Source: Vampirovibrionaceae bacterium NZW_1234 (GTDB lineage Bacteria > Cyanobacteriota > Vampirovibrionia > Vampirovibrionales > JAGQHJ01). From it: 64,000 nucleotides of DNA. Location: the NCBI GenBank assembly GCA_041697335.1, contig JBGUGD010000030.1:1-64000 (forward strand), read 5' to 3'. The translations under genes were made by a program, and so were the position numbers. Within the stretch, counting starts at the first letter, position 1. Each line of letters opens with the position of its first letter. Under the pieces are notes generated by a model. The model saw nothing but the letters and a program-made list of their open reading frames with translations, was not told the DNA's origin and ran no database searches. Of this stretch, positions 29,017-37,333 are shown piece by piece.

Positions 29017-29996
29017 TGAGGGAATGAGAGTGGGGTTGCAAATTTTTTCTGCTCAGCTTTAACCAAGGCTAAGGCCGTTAAGACCGCTTCACAAAGGCTT
29101 TCTTCTGAGGCAATGCCTTTGCCTGCAATGTCCAGAGCTGTGCCATGACTGACAGAGGTCCGAATAAAAGGCAAACCAATAGTAACATTAACTGCTTTAA
29201 AGCCCGCAATGAGTTTCATGGGTATCAGGCCTTGATCGTGATAGGGTGCAACCACAGCTGCATAAGGGAAATGATCCATTTTAAAGCCTCTAAAAAAGGC
29301 GTCGGCGGCAAAAGGGCCCTCCAGATGCATGCGGTTTTTAGCGTTAACTTGGGCCATCACTGGTTTTAAAATATCGAATTCCTCATGGCCCCCAATTTCA
29401 CCGGCATGAGGATTGACACCCAGTACGGCAACCTTGGGCTGATGCAAAGCCAGGGTCTGGGTTAAAAAGGTTTGCAGGATTTCAAGAGGAGGGCGGACCG
29501 TTTCTGGACGCAGTTGTGTCGAGACCTCGTTTAAAGGGACATGCCGTGTCAGCAACAGCAGTCGGAGCCGCTGATACAAGAACAGCATTTCCGCTTTGGC
29601 CGATTGGTTGGGGAAAAAGCAATGGCTAAGGTGTTCCAGGATTTCTGTATGCCCACTGGCACTCAGTGTCAGGTCAGGCAGGGTGATTTTGGCAATGGGG
29701 CCGGTGACCAAGGCATCGGCTTTATGCTGGGCTATCATGGCGACGGCTGTTTCAAGGGCCTGATAGACCAACACATCGGTGGAGGTAGCCGTGATGGGAT
29801 GATAGTGAACCTGTGGAGTTTGAGGAAGGGGTTTTTGAAGCAGTCGAGCCGAGGCAGCCAGACTATCGATATCCCCGATGACATGAAACGTGACATCGGG
29901 GAGAGTCGGAGCGTGGTCGACCAAAAACTTGGCCGTAATCTCAGGACCGACGCCAGCCGGGTCGCCTGGGGTCAGGCATAAACCAGGCTTAGGCAT
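29013..29996 (-). CDS. pdxA: PdxA-family dehydrogenase (PdxA/PdxA2; 4-phospho-hydroxythreonine or tetronate-4-phosphate)
   Basis: GDPAGVGPEI, GHTE, NPHAGE, YHDQG, GLPFIRTSVSHGT. Confidence 0.9.
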   Translation of the reverse strand: MPKPGLCLTPGDPAGVGPEITAKFLVDHAPTLPDVTFHVIGDIDSLAASARLLQKPLPQTPQVHYHPITATSTDVLVYQALETAVAMIAQHKADALVTGPIAKITLPDLTLSASGHTEILEHLSHCFFPNQSAKAEMLFLYQRLRLLLLTRHVPLNEVSTQLRPETVRPPLEILQTFLTQTLALHQPKVAVLGVNPHAGEIGGHEEFDILKPVMAQVNAKNRMHLEGPFAADAFFRGFKMDHFPYAAVVAPYHDQGLIPMKLIAGFKAVNVTIGLPFIRTSVSHGTALDIAGKGIASEESLCEAVLTALALVKAEQKKFATPLSFPH

Positions 29997-31332
29997 GTTG
30001 GGCTTCCTCGGGTGAGGCCAGCTCCTGCAGGTTTCGATAAATGTTCAACAGGCTCATGGGAGTGCCAAAGCCCCCGGATTTGGTAATGACCCACCGGGCC
30101 TGATCATCAATCATCAAGGGAATGGATTGTTCAACCTGATCGATAATCTGAAGCGACTGCGTGCCCAATGCGTGACAGGTTTCATTGGCGGTTTCACCCC
30201 CGGAAAGTAAAAGCTTGGCGGAGGCATGGCTTAAAACATCTTTGGTGATTCGGGCAAGCAGTGCAGAGGCCTTTGCAGAGGCTTCTGTTGGCAAAATCTG
30301 ATGCTCTTCCCCCAAGATATAGGTTTTTCGTAAACTGTCCTCTTCATAGGAGGTGGATAAAATCACATTTTGCTGCTGAGCTAACGCCTGAATCACACCT
30401 TGAATCAAGTCATCAACCGGATCAATTCCTAAGACCTGACGAGGTGTTAGGCTAAACAAGCGTAGTGGGTGGTTGGGATCAAATTCCGAGACATGTTTGA
30501 GCAGGGTTTGAACCTGTTGCCGGGTGACTTGGCTGGCAGAGCCAATGACAAAGAGCATGGGGGCATTATCAATTACCAAGTGGGGGCGAGGTTTTTGTTC
30601 TTTATGGACCAGCCACTTGTGACTGAGGGCCTTTGCCAAACCGGCAGACCCACAGGGTAAGACATTCACATCCGATGGCATCTTGTTTATGGCCAGGCTC
30701 AGCTGTTCTAAATCGACGTCGGAACAGGCGTCCACCACGATGAGTTTTTTGTTCTGGCTCATCTGCTCTTGCAGCGCCATTAAAATGGGACCGGCACCAT
30801 CCATGACCTTGGATAAGGGGACATAACCGACGAGATCCGGATCGGAGGTTTTTGCCAATAGCGTTGGTAAATGCGATTCGCGAATCGGGAACAAGGGATC
30901 AAGTGCTGTTTCTGTTTTACCGACAGGCAGCCCTCGAACCAGTTGGTATCCGCCAACTGTGCGACGCCCCTCGGCCGGAAATGCCGGCGCAATAATGGCA
31001 GCTTGCCACTTCAGTTCATCCAAAACGGCCAAGCACTCTTGAGCAATATGGCCGCGTAAGGTGGAGTCGATTTTCTTGTAAAACCGATCCACCCCCATGG
31101 TTTGGTGCATGAGGCGAACGGCCTTTCTCACCGCAGCAACGGCATCCAGGGGCTCCAAGTGGCGAGAGTCTGTGTTGACCAGCCACGTTTGCACACTTGC
31201 AGCTTGCGAGGCAGATGCGTAATCCAGCAAAATACGTGTATTGGCCCCTTCTGCGTGAAACTGCAGAGCGGTATCACAGGCGCCGGTCAGGTCGTCTGCA
31301 ACAATACCAATGGATTCACCAGGAATTTGCAT
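29989..31332 (-). CDS. Four-carbon acid sugar kinase (DUF1537 family)
   Basis: IVADDLTGACD, TDSR, YKKIDSTLRG, PAFPAEGR, GSAGLA, SGGETA, TKSGGFG. Confidence 0.93.
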   Translation of the reverse strand: MQIPGESIGIVADDLTGACDTALQFHAEGANTRILLDYASASQAASVQTWLVNTDSRHLEPLDAVAAVRKAVRLMHQTMGVDRFYKKIDSTLRGHIAQECLAVLDELKWQAAIIAPAFPAEGRRTVGGYQLVRGLPVGKTETALDPLFPIRESHLPTLLAKTSDPDLVGYVPLSKVMDGAGPILMALQEQMSQNKKLIVVDACSDVDLEQLSLAINKMPSDVNVLPCGSAGLAKALSHKWLVHKEQKPRPHLVIDNAPMLFVIGSASQVTRQQVQTLLKHVSEFDPNHPLRLFSLTPRQVLGIDPVDDLIQGVIQALAQQQNVILSTSYEEDSLRKTYILGEEHQILPTEASAKASALLARITKDVLSHASAKLLLSGGETANETCHALGTQSLQIIDQVEQSIPLMIDDQARWVITKSGGFGTPMSLLNIYRNLQELASPEEAQHA

Positions 31333-31392
31333 GGGTGTGCTTTCTACAAAGTGCGAATAGGGCTTGAAATCACAACAAGAGGTTAAAGGGGC

Positions 31393-31800
31393 TTAAAAAG
31401 GCGCCCGTTCCTGATTGCCGCCGTAGGCAAAGTTGCCGCTGCTGCCACCTTCATTGTCCCGAGCGCTTCCCAGGAAGCGAACATCGGAGGCGACAACAGA
31501 TAAAAAGTCCCGCTCATTGCCTGCTTCATCGGTCCACTTGCGGACACTCAGGCGACCGGTCACACCCACCTGGCGACCTTTTTTCAAATATTCGCCAACC
31601 ACTTCAGCGGTACGTCCCCAGACGTCGATGTTAAACCAGTCTGTTTCTCGGTTTTCACGAGACCCTGCCCGATCAACGGCAACAGAAAAGGATGCTTTTA
31701 CGGTGCCCGTTTCAAAGTACTTCAGTTCGGGGTCTTTTCCCGCACGCCCGACGATAACCACACTGTTCATCCCACCCTGATGACGATCGTTCTCTTGCAT
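31393..31800 (-). CDS. ssb: Single-stranded DNA-binding protein
   Basis: NSVVIVGRAGKDPE, TDWF...WG..AE...YLKKG..V.V.GRL, C-terminal ...APF; start 31800 (alternative 31770). Confidence 0.95.
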   Translation of the reverse strand: MQENDRHQGGMNSVVIVGRAGKDPELKYFETGTVKASFSVAVDRAGSRENRETDWFNIDVWGRTAEVVGEYLKKGRQVGVTGRLSVRKWTDEAGNERDFLSVVASDVRFLGSARDNEGGSSGNFAYGGNQERAPF

Positions 31801-31965
31801 GGAGCCATTCCTTTCCATCTCGTCCATGGCTCTTGTCTGAAGCCATGGGTTCTTATCATTCGCTTCGGATGCTACATTATACGGTAAAGCATCCCTTAGT
31901 CGCAAATGTGGCTCAGGATAACAGGAAACACCTTCGCTTATGGTTGAGGTATTGTCAAATTGCTC

Positions 31966-31995
31966 AAAAAAAAAGCACAACTTGACTTGTTGTGC
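31966..31995 (-). terminator. Intrinsic terminator on - strand in an ORF-free region
   Basis: GCACAAC-7 nt-GTTGTGC stem (31975-31995) followed on - strand by T9 (31966-31974). Confidence 0.75.
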
Positions 31996-32067
31996 GGCGT
32001 TACGAGGAGTTACTGCTGCGTTGATGGGGTTGATAGGGAGGAATGCTGCTGAGGAGGTAATGCTGAT
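31966..32067 (-). ncRNA. Candidate ~100-nt sRNA with three CAGCA(U/G)U..CUCC anti-SD repeats
   Basis: Bounded by a sigma28-like promoter and an intrinsic terminator; no ORF; repeated CU-rich motifs. Confidence 0.55.
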
Positions 32068-32073
32068 ACTTCC

Positions 32074-32100
32074 TTTTCGTGAACCTTAAGAAATCCTTTA
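32074..32100 (-). promoter_or_regulatory. sigma28 (FliA)-like promoter
   Basis: TAAA (32100-32097)-N15-CACGAAAA (32081-32074), versus consensus TAAA-N15-GCCGATAA. Confidence 0.5.
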
Positions 32101-32167
32101 AAAATGGCCTGAAACCCCTTTCATTAGAGCGTTTTCATCCGTAACTCCAGGGACGCAGGGCCTCTGT

Positions 32168-32345
32168 GGCATTGATGAGGCGTTGTGATTTATTTCAATT
32201 TCAAATCGCTGTCGTGGGCACTGGCGGTGACATCCACCCTTCAGTGGATGAGCTATCGAAGGGCGGACTTCTATACTGATAGTGATCCACAACAACCACC
32301 TCGTTTGTCTATCACACTGTTTTTCAGAGCGGTGTGATTTCTTTT
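32168..32345 (+). ncRNA. Candidate rod-shaped structured RNA (6S-like geometry) followed by a terminator-like hairpin
   Basis: Closing stem GATGAGG/CCTCGTT plus GTTGTG/CACAAC, AU-rich internal bubble, apical CATCCAC/GTGGATG; then hairpin 32311-32338 with U-rich tail. Confidence 0.35.
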
Positions 32346-32428
32346 GATTAGAGGCTTTTCTGTTCGCATTTTGGCGCACGTATAATGAAGCCAGAACACA
32401 AATGTCTGATGAAAGAGGAGCAAACCGG

Positions 32429-32980
32429 ATGTCTACCTTGTTGTCTACGGATTCGGCTTTGTTGCTGGTGATTGATATCCAGGAAAAGTTTTTGCCGGTG
32501 CTGCACAATCCGGATCAGGTTGTGCAAGGTGCATCTCGCTTGATCAAGGGCTGCAATCAGTTGAATGTCCCTATTGTTGTGAGTGAGCAGTATCCTCAAG
32601 GTTTGGGCCCCACTGTGGATGATTTAAAAGCTTTATTTACGCCAAGCACGGCGGTCATCACCAAAACGGCTTTTGGCTGTTGCGGCGACCCCTCGTTTGA
32701 ATCTTATATTCAATCGTCGGGTCGAACCCAGATTATTGTCTGTGGCTTAGAAGCCCATGTGTGTGTTAATCAGACCGTTGTGCGACTTTTGGAGCTGGGG
32801 TATTCGGTAGCTCTGGTGGAAGATGCCTTAGGGACACGGCATGCAAGCAATCTTGATATTGCCCTGCGCAAGCTGACCCAGCTGGGTGCCCTGCCTTACA
32901 GTGTTGAAATGGTTCTTTTTGAGTTGCTCCGAGAGGCTTCCCATCCGGCATTCAAATCAGTGCAACAATTAATTCGTTGA
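32429..32980 (+). CDS. Isochorismatase-family cysteine hydrolase (YcaC-related)
   Basis: LLVIDIQEK, SEQYPQGLG, KTAFG, GLEAHVCV; GAGGAG RBS; TATAAT at 32381. Confidence 0.92.
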   Translation: MSTLLSTDSALLLVIDIQEKFLPVLHNPDQVVQGASRLIKGCNQLNVPIVVSEQYPQGLGPTVDDLKALFTPSTAVITKTAFGCCGDPSFESYIQSSGRTQIIVCGLEAHVCVNQTVVRLLELGYSVALVEDALGTRHASNLDIALRKLTQLGALPYSVEMVLFELLREASHPAFKSVQQLIR

Positions 32981-32992
32981 GGCCTTGTTCCC

Positions 32993-34069
32993 ATGACGTT
33001 TCAAATTCCGATAATTGCCCAAGGGGATGTAACCCACGCCATTCCGGGGCATTACACTAGTTTCCCAAGCTTATTTCAGGATCCGGCTTCTGGTGACATT
33101 ATCTTGGTGTATCGGCGTGGGGTGTATGATGATACAGACGCACGTCCCGGGATGAGTGCTCATGGGTTAGAGGGCAACCTATACTGGCGACGCTTTGATG
33201 AGGCTTCGCTTCAATTTGGGGATGAGATGCTTTTATGCGATGGGGCCCACTATCCTCCCGGGTTGATTGATGGGAATATCACGGTTGCCGATGGGCGGGT
33301 GCATTTGTTTGTGCGTCGTTACCCCCATCCACAGCCTGTATTTTACAGTCAAGGTTCTTCGTTTTTGGATTTGTCCCAACCGGATCCGGTACCAGTGGAT
33401 CCCGGGTTTTACATGGGGGCCCAATGGGGACGTCTCGTTTCACTTCATGGGGGGAAGACCCTGTTGCAAGCCTTTTATGGGGGGGATGTAGCACTCATGA
33501 ATCGCGGGGAGTTTCCTCAGTACTATACTCGACCCGCCTTATACCGATCGAATGATGGTGGAACCACTTGGGCCATGCAGGGGTGGATGACGCCCGAGTA
33601 TCTGGAGGATAGACTTTGTGGCAATGAAACCACGCTTGTGAATATTCAGAGACGTCTTTATGCTGTCATGCGTTGTGCCGGGGAGAGTCCTGGGCCTTTG
33701 TTTATGACCACCAGTGATGATGAGGGTGAGACCTGGAGCCAACCTGTTAGGACCGGTTTATACGGCGAGGCGCCGATGTTTTATCAAGCCCCTGACGGCA
33801 CGGTTTTGTTGGGCTTTCGGGGGTATCGTGAGGCCAGTCCAAAAGAAGGCGGCACGTTTTCCCTCACGCGATTTGACCCTGTCACCATGCAATTTGCATC
33901 TCCGGTGGTCATCGAAACATATCTGGGGAATCACTATGACGGTGGTTATGGGGATCTTATCTGGTTGCCCGGGCGTCAGCAGCTTCTGGTGTCATACTAT
34001 TTTTCCAATACCCCAGTGCCCCGAAATCCCTGGATCCGTTTTGCCGTGCTGGCGCTTGGGCAGACATAA
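32993..34069 (+). CDS. Sialidase-family (BNR/Asp-box) beta-propeller protein
   Basis: SFPSL...LVYRRG, Asp boxes RSNDGGTTW and TSDDEGETW, NET, DGGYGD; no signal peptide. Confidence 0.82.
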   Translation: MTFQIPIIAQGDVTHAIPGHYTSFPSLFQDPASGDIILVYRRGVYDDTDARPGMSAHGLEGNLYWRRFDEASLQFGDEMLLCDGAHYPPGLIDGNITVADGRVHLFVRRYPHPQPVFYSQGSSFLDLSQPDPVPVDPGFYMGAQWGRLVSLHGGKTLLQAFYGGDVALMNRGEFPQYYTRPALYRSNDGGTTWAMQGWMTPEYLEDRLCGNETTLVNIQRRLYAVMRCAGESPGPLFMTTSDDEGETWSQPVRTGLYGEAPMFYQAPDGTVLLGFRGYREASPKEGGTFSLTRFDPVTMQFASPVVIETYLGNHYDGGYGDLIWLPGRQQLLVSYYFSNTPVPRNPWIRFAVLALGQT

Positions 34070-34072
34070 GCA

Positions 34073-34105
34073 ACACCCCGATTCTGTAAAGCAAAATCGG
34101 GGTGT
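34073..34105. terminator. Hairpin between convergent genes
   Basis: ACACCCCGATT/AATCGGGGTGT 11-bp perfect stem; U-tract weak. Confidence 0.55.
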
Positions 34106-34145
34106 ATGAGCTATGGTTCGTAGTGAATTTTGGGTTAATGCGGTC

Positions 34146-34370
34146 CTACATGCTGCACCATTTGTTGTAGGGCACGCGAAGACTGTCTAAGAACAGCCCT
34201 GCGGGGGTGGCAATCATGCCTAAAAGCGTCAACATCAGTCCGCCGCCAAGTATGTTGACATACTGCCAAATGGCCCGAGTATGGTTCCATTTTCTGGCAG
34301 CCATCATGCGGCCAAATAGATGTCGTCTTTTGTGCTTGCCAACAGCCATCATATAGGGACTTCTAACCAC
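34146..34370 (-). CDS. Small hypothetical membrane protein
   Basis: 74-aa ORF (alternative ATG 34352) with a basic N-terminus and one hydrophobic segment; fills the gap between a terminator and an AT-rich promoter region. Confidence 0.5.
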   Translation of the reverse strand: MVRSPYMMAVGKHKRRHLFGRMMAARKWNHTRAIWQYVNILGGGLMLTLLGMIATPAGLFLDSLRVPYNKWCSM

Positions 34371-34626
34371 TTCTCTTCTTCTCCTCTGGCTTCTTCTCTC
34401 TCTTTACTCTCTCTCTCCAATGTCACTATCATTTTGTGTTCTTCCACCTAAATAAAAACCGCGAACAGTGTGAGATTGCCTGTCTAAATATTAATAATAT
34501 CTAAATTTGATGGCTTATAGGCGTGGCTCGGATATTGTTGGCTTTTGGGCGGGACATATGCGCAATGGAAGAAAAGGCAGGTATAATGGAGAGAACGTTC
34601 CAGAGCGGTAATAAAGGAGTTGAATC

Positions 34627-34971
34627 GTGGCCGATCCGCAACTGTTGTTGTTGGTTCAGGAAGATTTGCCCGACGAGTTTAATCGGCGAGTCGAGGCCAT
34701 GGCAAATACTGAAATCGATCTGTCTGGCGGGCAGTTTCGAGGTTATGATCTGCGTCGCTTTAATCTCCAGCAGGCAAATCTGACAGACTGCTACTTGCGA
34801 AACGCCGATCTCAGGGGGCTTGATCTCAGTCACGCTCAACTGGCCGGGGCCAGCATCAAGGACGCAAAAATCAGCGGTGTTTTATTCCCGGTGGCATTAT
34901 CGGCCTCAGAAATTGAATTGAGCCTTCATTATGGCACTCGTTTGCGTCTCTCCGTAGAGGCTTTGGTATGA
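34627..34971 (+). CDS. Short pentapeptide-repeat protein
   Basis: IDLSG GQFRG YDLRR FNLQQ ANLTD CYLRN ADLRG LDLSH AQLAG ASIKD; AAAGGAG RBS, GTG start; TATAAT upstream. Confidence 0.88.
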   Translation: MADPQLLLLVQEDLPDEFNRRVEAMANTEIDLSGGQFRGYDLRRFNLQQANLTDCYLRNADLRGLDLSHAQLAGASIKDAKISGVLFPVALSASEIELSLHYGTRLRLSVEALV

Positions 34972-36380
34972 AATCGGCTGCTACCTTTACCTGGGCCCAG
35001 TTGCTGTCTGAAACGCAAGGAGAAGCCGTTTCTCATCATCGGCCATTTGAGACAGCGGCCCTTGACTCAGACACCCGTACTTTGGATCACGACTCCTTTT
35101 TTGTTCCGTTGACGGGCGCCAATTTTGATGGCAACGATTATATTGCCGCTGCTTATGAAGCAGGAGCCCAAGGGGCTTTTGTTCGGCAGGCCTATCTGGC
35201 CAAACACCCTGATTTGAAACGTTTTCCAAACCTGATCTCGGTCGAGGAGCCTTTAATGGCCTACTTGGCTTTGGCCCGACTGCATCGCCGTCGTTGTGCG
35301 GCTCGGATTGTGGCTGTAACCGGCAGTTCCGGAAAAACCACGACGAAGGAAATGTTGTTTGCTCTTTTGAGTTCCGTTCTTGGGGATCAGGTTCAAAAAT
35401 CAGAGAAAAACTTTAATAACGAGGTGGGTGTCGCCTTAACGTTGTTGAATATACGCCCTTCAACCCATGTGATGGTCCTTGAAATGGGAATGCGGGGGCC
35501 AAATCAGATCTCTATCTTGTCGGAGTATGCTGAGCCTGATATTGGGATTATTACCAATATTGGCCCTGCTCATATTGGTTTATTGGGCTCTTTAGATGCC
35601 ATTGCCAAAGCCAAGTGCGAACTGTTCCAAGGTATGGACCCAGAAAAATCCTTGGGTATCATTAACGGCGATGATCCTCTTTTAGTGGGCGAGGCCAGTC
35701 GTTCTTGGGACGGTCGGCTCGAGTCCTATTCTCTGCATGAAGTTGATGAAATTCATACCTTTCCAGAAGGCCATCTGACGTTTAATTACGAAGATGCTAC
35801 GTTTGCCCTGTCTTTGCCGGGTAGTCACAATGTTTCCAATGCCTTAGCCGGTATTAAGGCCTGCGAAGCTTTGGGCATTCCCCTGAAACGGATTCAAAAT
35901 GCGTTGGCCGATTTTGAACCCGGTGGCGCTCGCTGGCAGAAGCGTCAGCTGGAAGGTTTAGATAATATTTGGATGATTAATGATGCCTATAATGCCAATC
36001 CTGCCAGTGTGAAAGTTGCCTTAGGGGCTTTTCTGGATGGGCACTACCCGGGTCTGACCAAAGTGGCGATTGTAGGTGGTATGGCTGAATTGGGGGCTTT
36101 TAGCGAGCATTATCATCGTGAGATCGGTCATTGGGTGGGTGAGTATGGAGGACTGGATGCGTTGGTGGTGATGGGTGATGAGGCTGCGCCTTTGGCTCAG
36201 GCTGCCGCAGAACATCAACTGCCGGTGTATTGTGTCCAGGACGCTCAGGATGTTGTGGCGTTGATCCAGAAGACCTGGCCCGCCAATGCCATCTTCTTCT
36301 TAAAAGCCTCTCGTTCGTTTCAGTTGGAACACGTGCCGGAGTTATTGACGCATGACCACCCTTCCCATGTCCTTCCCTAA
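34968..36380 (+). CDS. murF: UDP-N-acetylmuramoyl-tripeptide--D-Ala-D-Ala ligase
   Basis: DTR, GANFDG, VTGSSGKTTTKE, NFNNEVG, EMGM, DAYNANP, KASR. Confidence 0.95.
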   Translation: MKSAATFTWAQLLSETQGEAVSHHRPFETAALDSDTRTLDHDSFFVPLTGANFDGNDYIAAAYEAGAQGAFVRQAYLAKHPDLKRFPNLISVEEPLMAYLALARLHRRRCAARIVAVTGSSGKTTTKEMLFALLSSVLGDQVQKSEKNFNNEVGVALTLLNIRPSTHVMVLEMGMRGPNQISILSEYAEPDIGIITNIGPAHIGLLGSLDAIAKAKCELFQGMDPEKSLGIINGDDPLLVGEASRSWDGRLESYSLHEVDEIHTFPEGHLTFNYEDATFALSLPGSHNVSNALAGIKACEALGIPLKRIQNALADFEPGGARWQKRQLEGLDNIWMINDAYNANPASVKVALGAFLDGHYPGLTKVAIVGGMAELGAFSEHYHREIGHWVGEYGGLDALVVMGDEAAPLAQAAAEHQLPVYCVQDAQDVVALIQKTWPANAIFFLKASRSFQLEHVPELLTHDHPSHVLP

Positions 36381-37332
36381 TCCATTTCCCATGTTTATCC
36401 CGGCGATTTTATGGCTGATGTTTGGCGCGCCGTATATTGCCTTCCTTAAAGAAAAGACATTTGGCCAATACATCCGTGAAGACGGTCCTCAAAGCCATCA
36501 TGCGAAAGCCGGTACACCAACCATGGGTGGATTACTCATCATTCTGACCGTCTTGCTCGCTATGATTGGTTTTATTTTTATTGAACCGGCTTTACAGACC
36601 ACCGAGTTGTTTCTCTGTCTCCTGGTTCTGATGGTGTTTGGGTTTCTAGGATTTACTGATGATTTTATGAAAATTACCAAACAGAAAAACAAAGGGCTAT
36701 CGGGTTGGTCTAAGCTGGCTGTCCAGGTTATTACGGGGGCTGCAATCGGGCTTTATGCCATGAGTTTGAATCACGGGGATGTATCTGTTTTCGGGTTCGC
36801 TACCTTGCATCTGGGTTGGTTGTACCCGGTCTTGGCGATATTTATCATTACGGGCGCCTCCAATGCCTATAACTTAACCGATGGGCTCGATGGCTTAGCC
36901 GGCGGTACCGGATTTATGACCTTTGCTGGATTCTCGTTTCTCTTGGCATCATACCCGTCTATGATGCTTTTGTCGCTGTTGTTGGCTGGGGGGTGCCTCG
37001 GATTTCTTGCCTTTAACCGGTATCCCGCTAAAATTTTTATGGGCGATACGGGCAGTCTTGCCTTGGGCGGTGTGATGGGGGTGATGGCTATCTTGGGCCA
37101 TGTTGAGGCTTTTTTGGTGCTTTTGGGAGGTGTTTATGTTTTGGAGACACTGTCTGTCATCTTACAAGTGGCTTATTTTAAGTTAACTAAAGGGAAACGC
37201 TTATTTAAAATGAGCCCGCTCCACCACCACTTTGAATTATCCGGTTGGAAAGAGCCGACGGTTGTGATTACATTTATTGTAGCCCAGGCCCTGTTTAGTG
37301 TACTGGCCGTTTTGCTGTACAATAGGAGCTAA
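36352..37332 (+). CDS. mraY: Phospho-N-acetylmuramoyl-pentapeptide transferase
   Basis: IREDGPQSHHAKAGTPTMGG, GFTDD, NLTDGLDGL, FMGDTGS, PLHHHFE; exact start uncertain. Confidence 0.96.
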   Translation: MTTLPMSFPNPFPMFIPAILWLMFGAPYIAFLKEKTFGQYIREDGPQSHHAKAGTPTMGGLLIILTVLLAMIGFIFIEPALQTTELFLCLLVLMVFGFLGFTDDFMKITKQKNKGLSGWSKLAVQVITGAAIGLYAMSLNHGDVSVFGFATLHLGWLYPVLAIFIITGASNAYNLTDGLDGLAGGTGFMTFAGFSFLLASYPSMMLLSLLLAGGCLGFLAFNRYPAKIFMGDTGSLALGGVMGVMAILGHVEAFLVLLGGVYVLETLSVILQVAYFKLTKGKRLFKMSPLHHHFELSGWKEPTVVITFIVAQALFSVLAVLLYNRS

Positions 37333-37333
37333 G

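Noticed and set aside
32043..32089. Tiny + strand ORFs (MLLRR*, MLILPFREP*) after GGAGG motifs
   Set aside because: SD-to-ATG spacing of only 1-2 nt; the promoter and terminator point to the minus strand.
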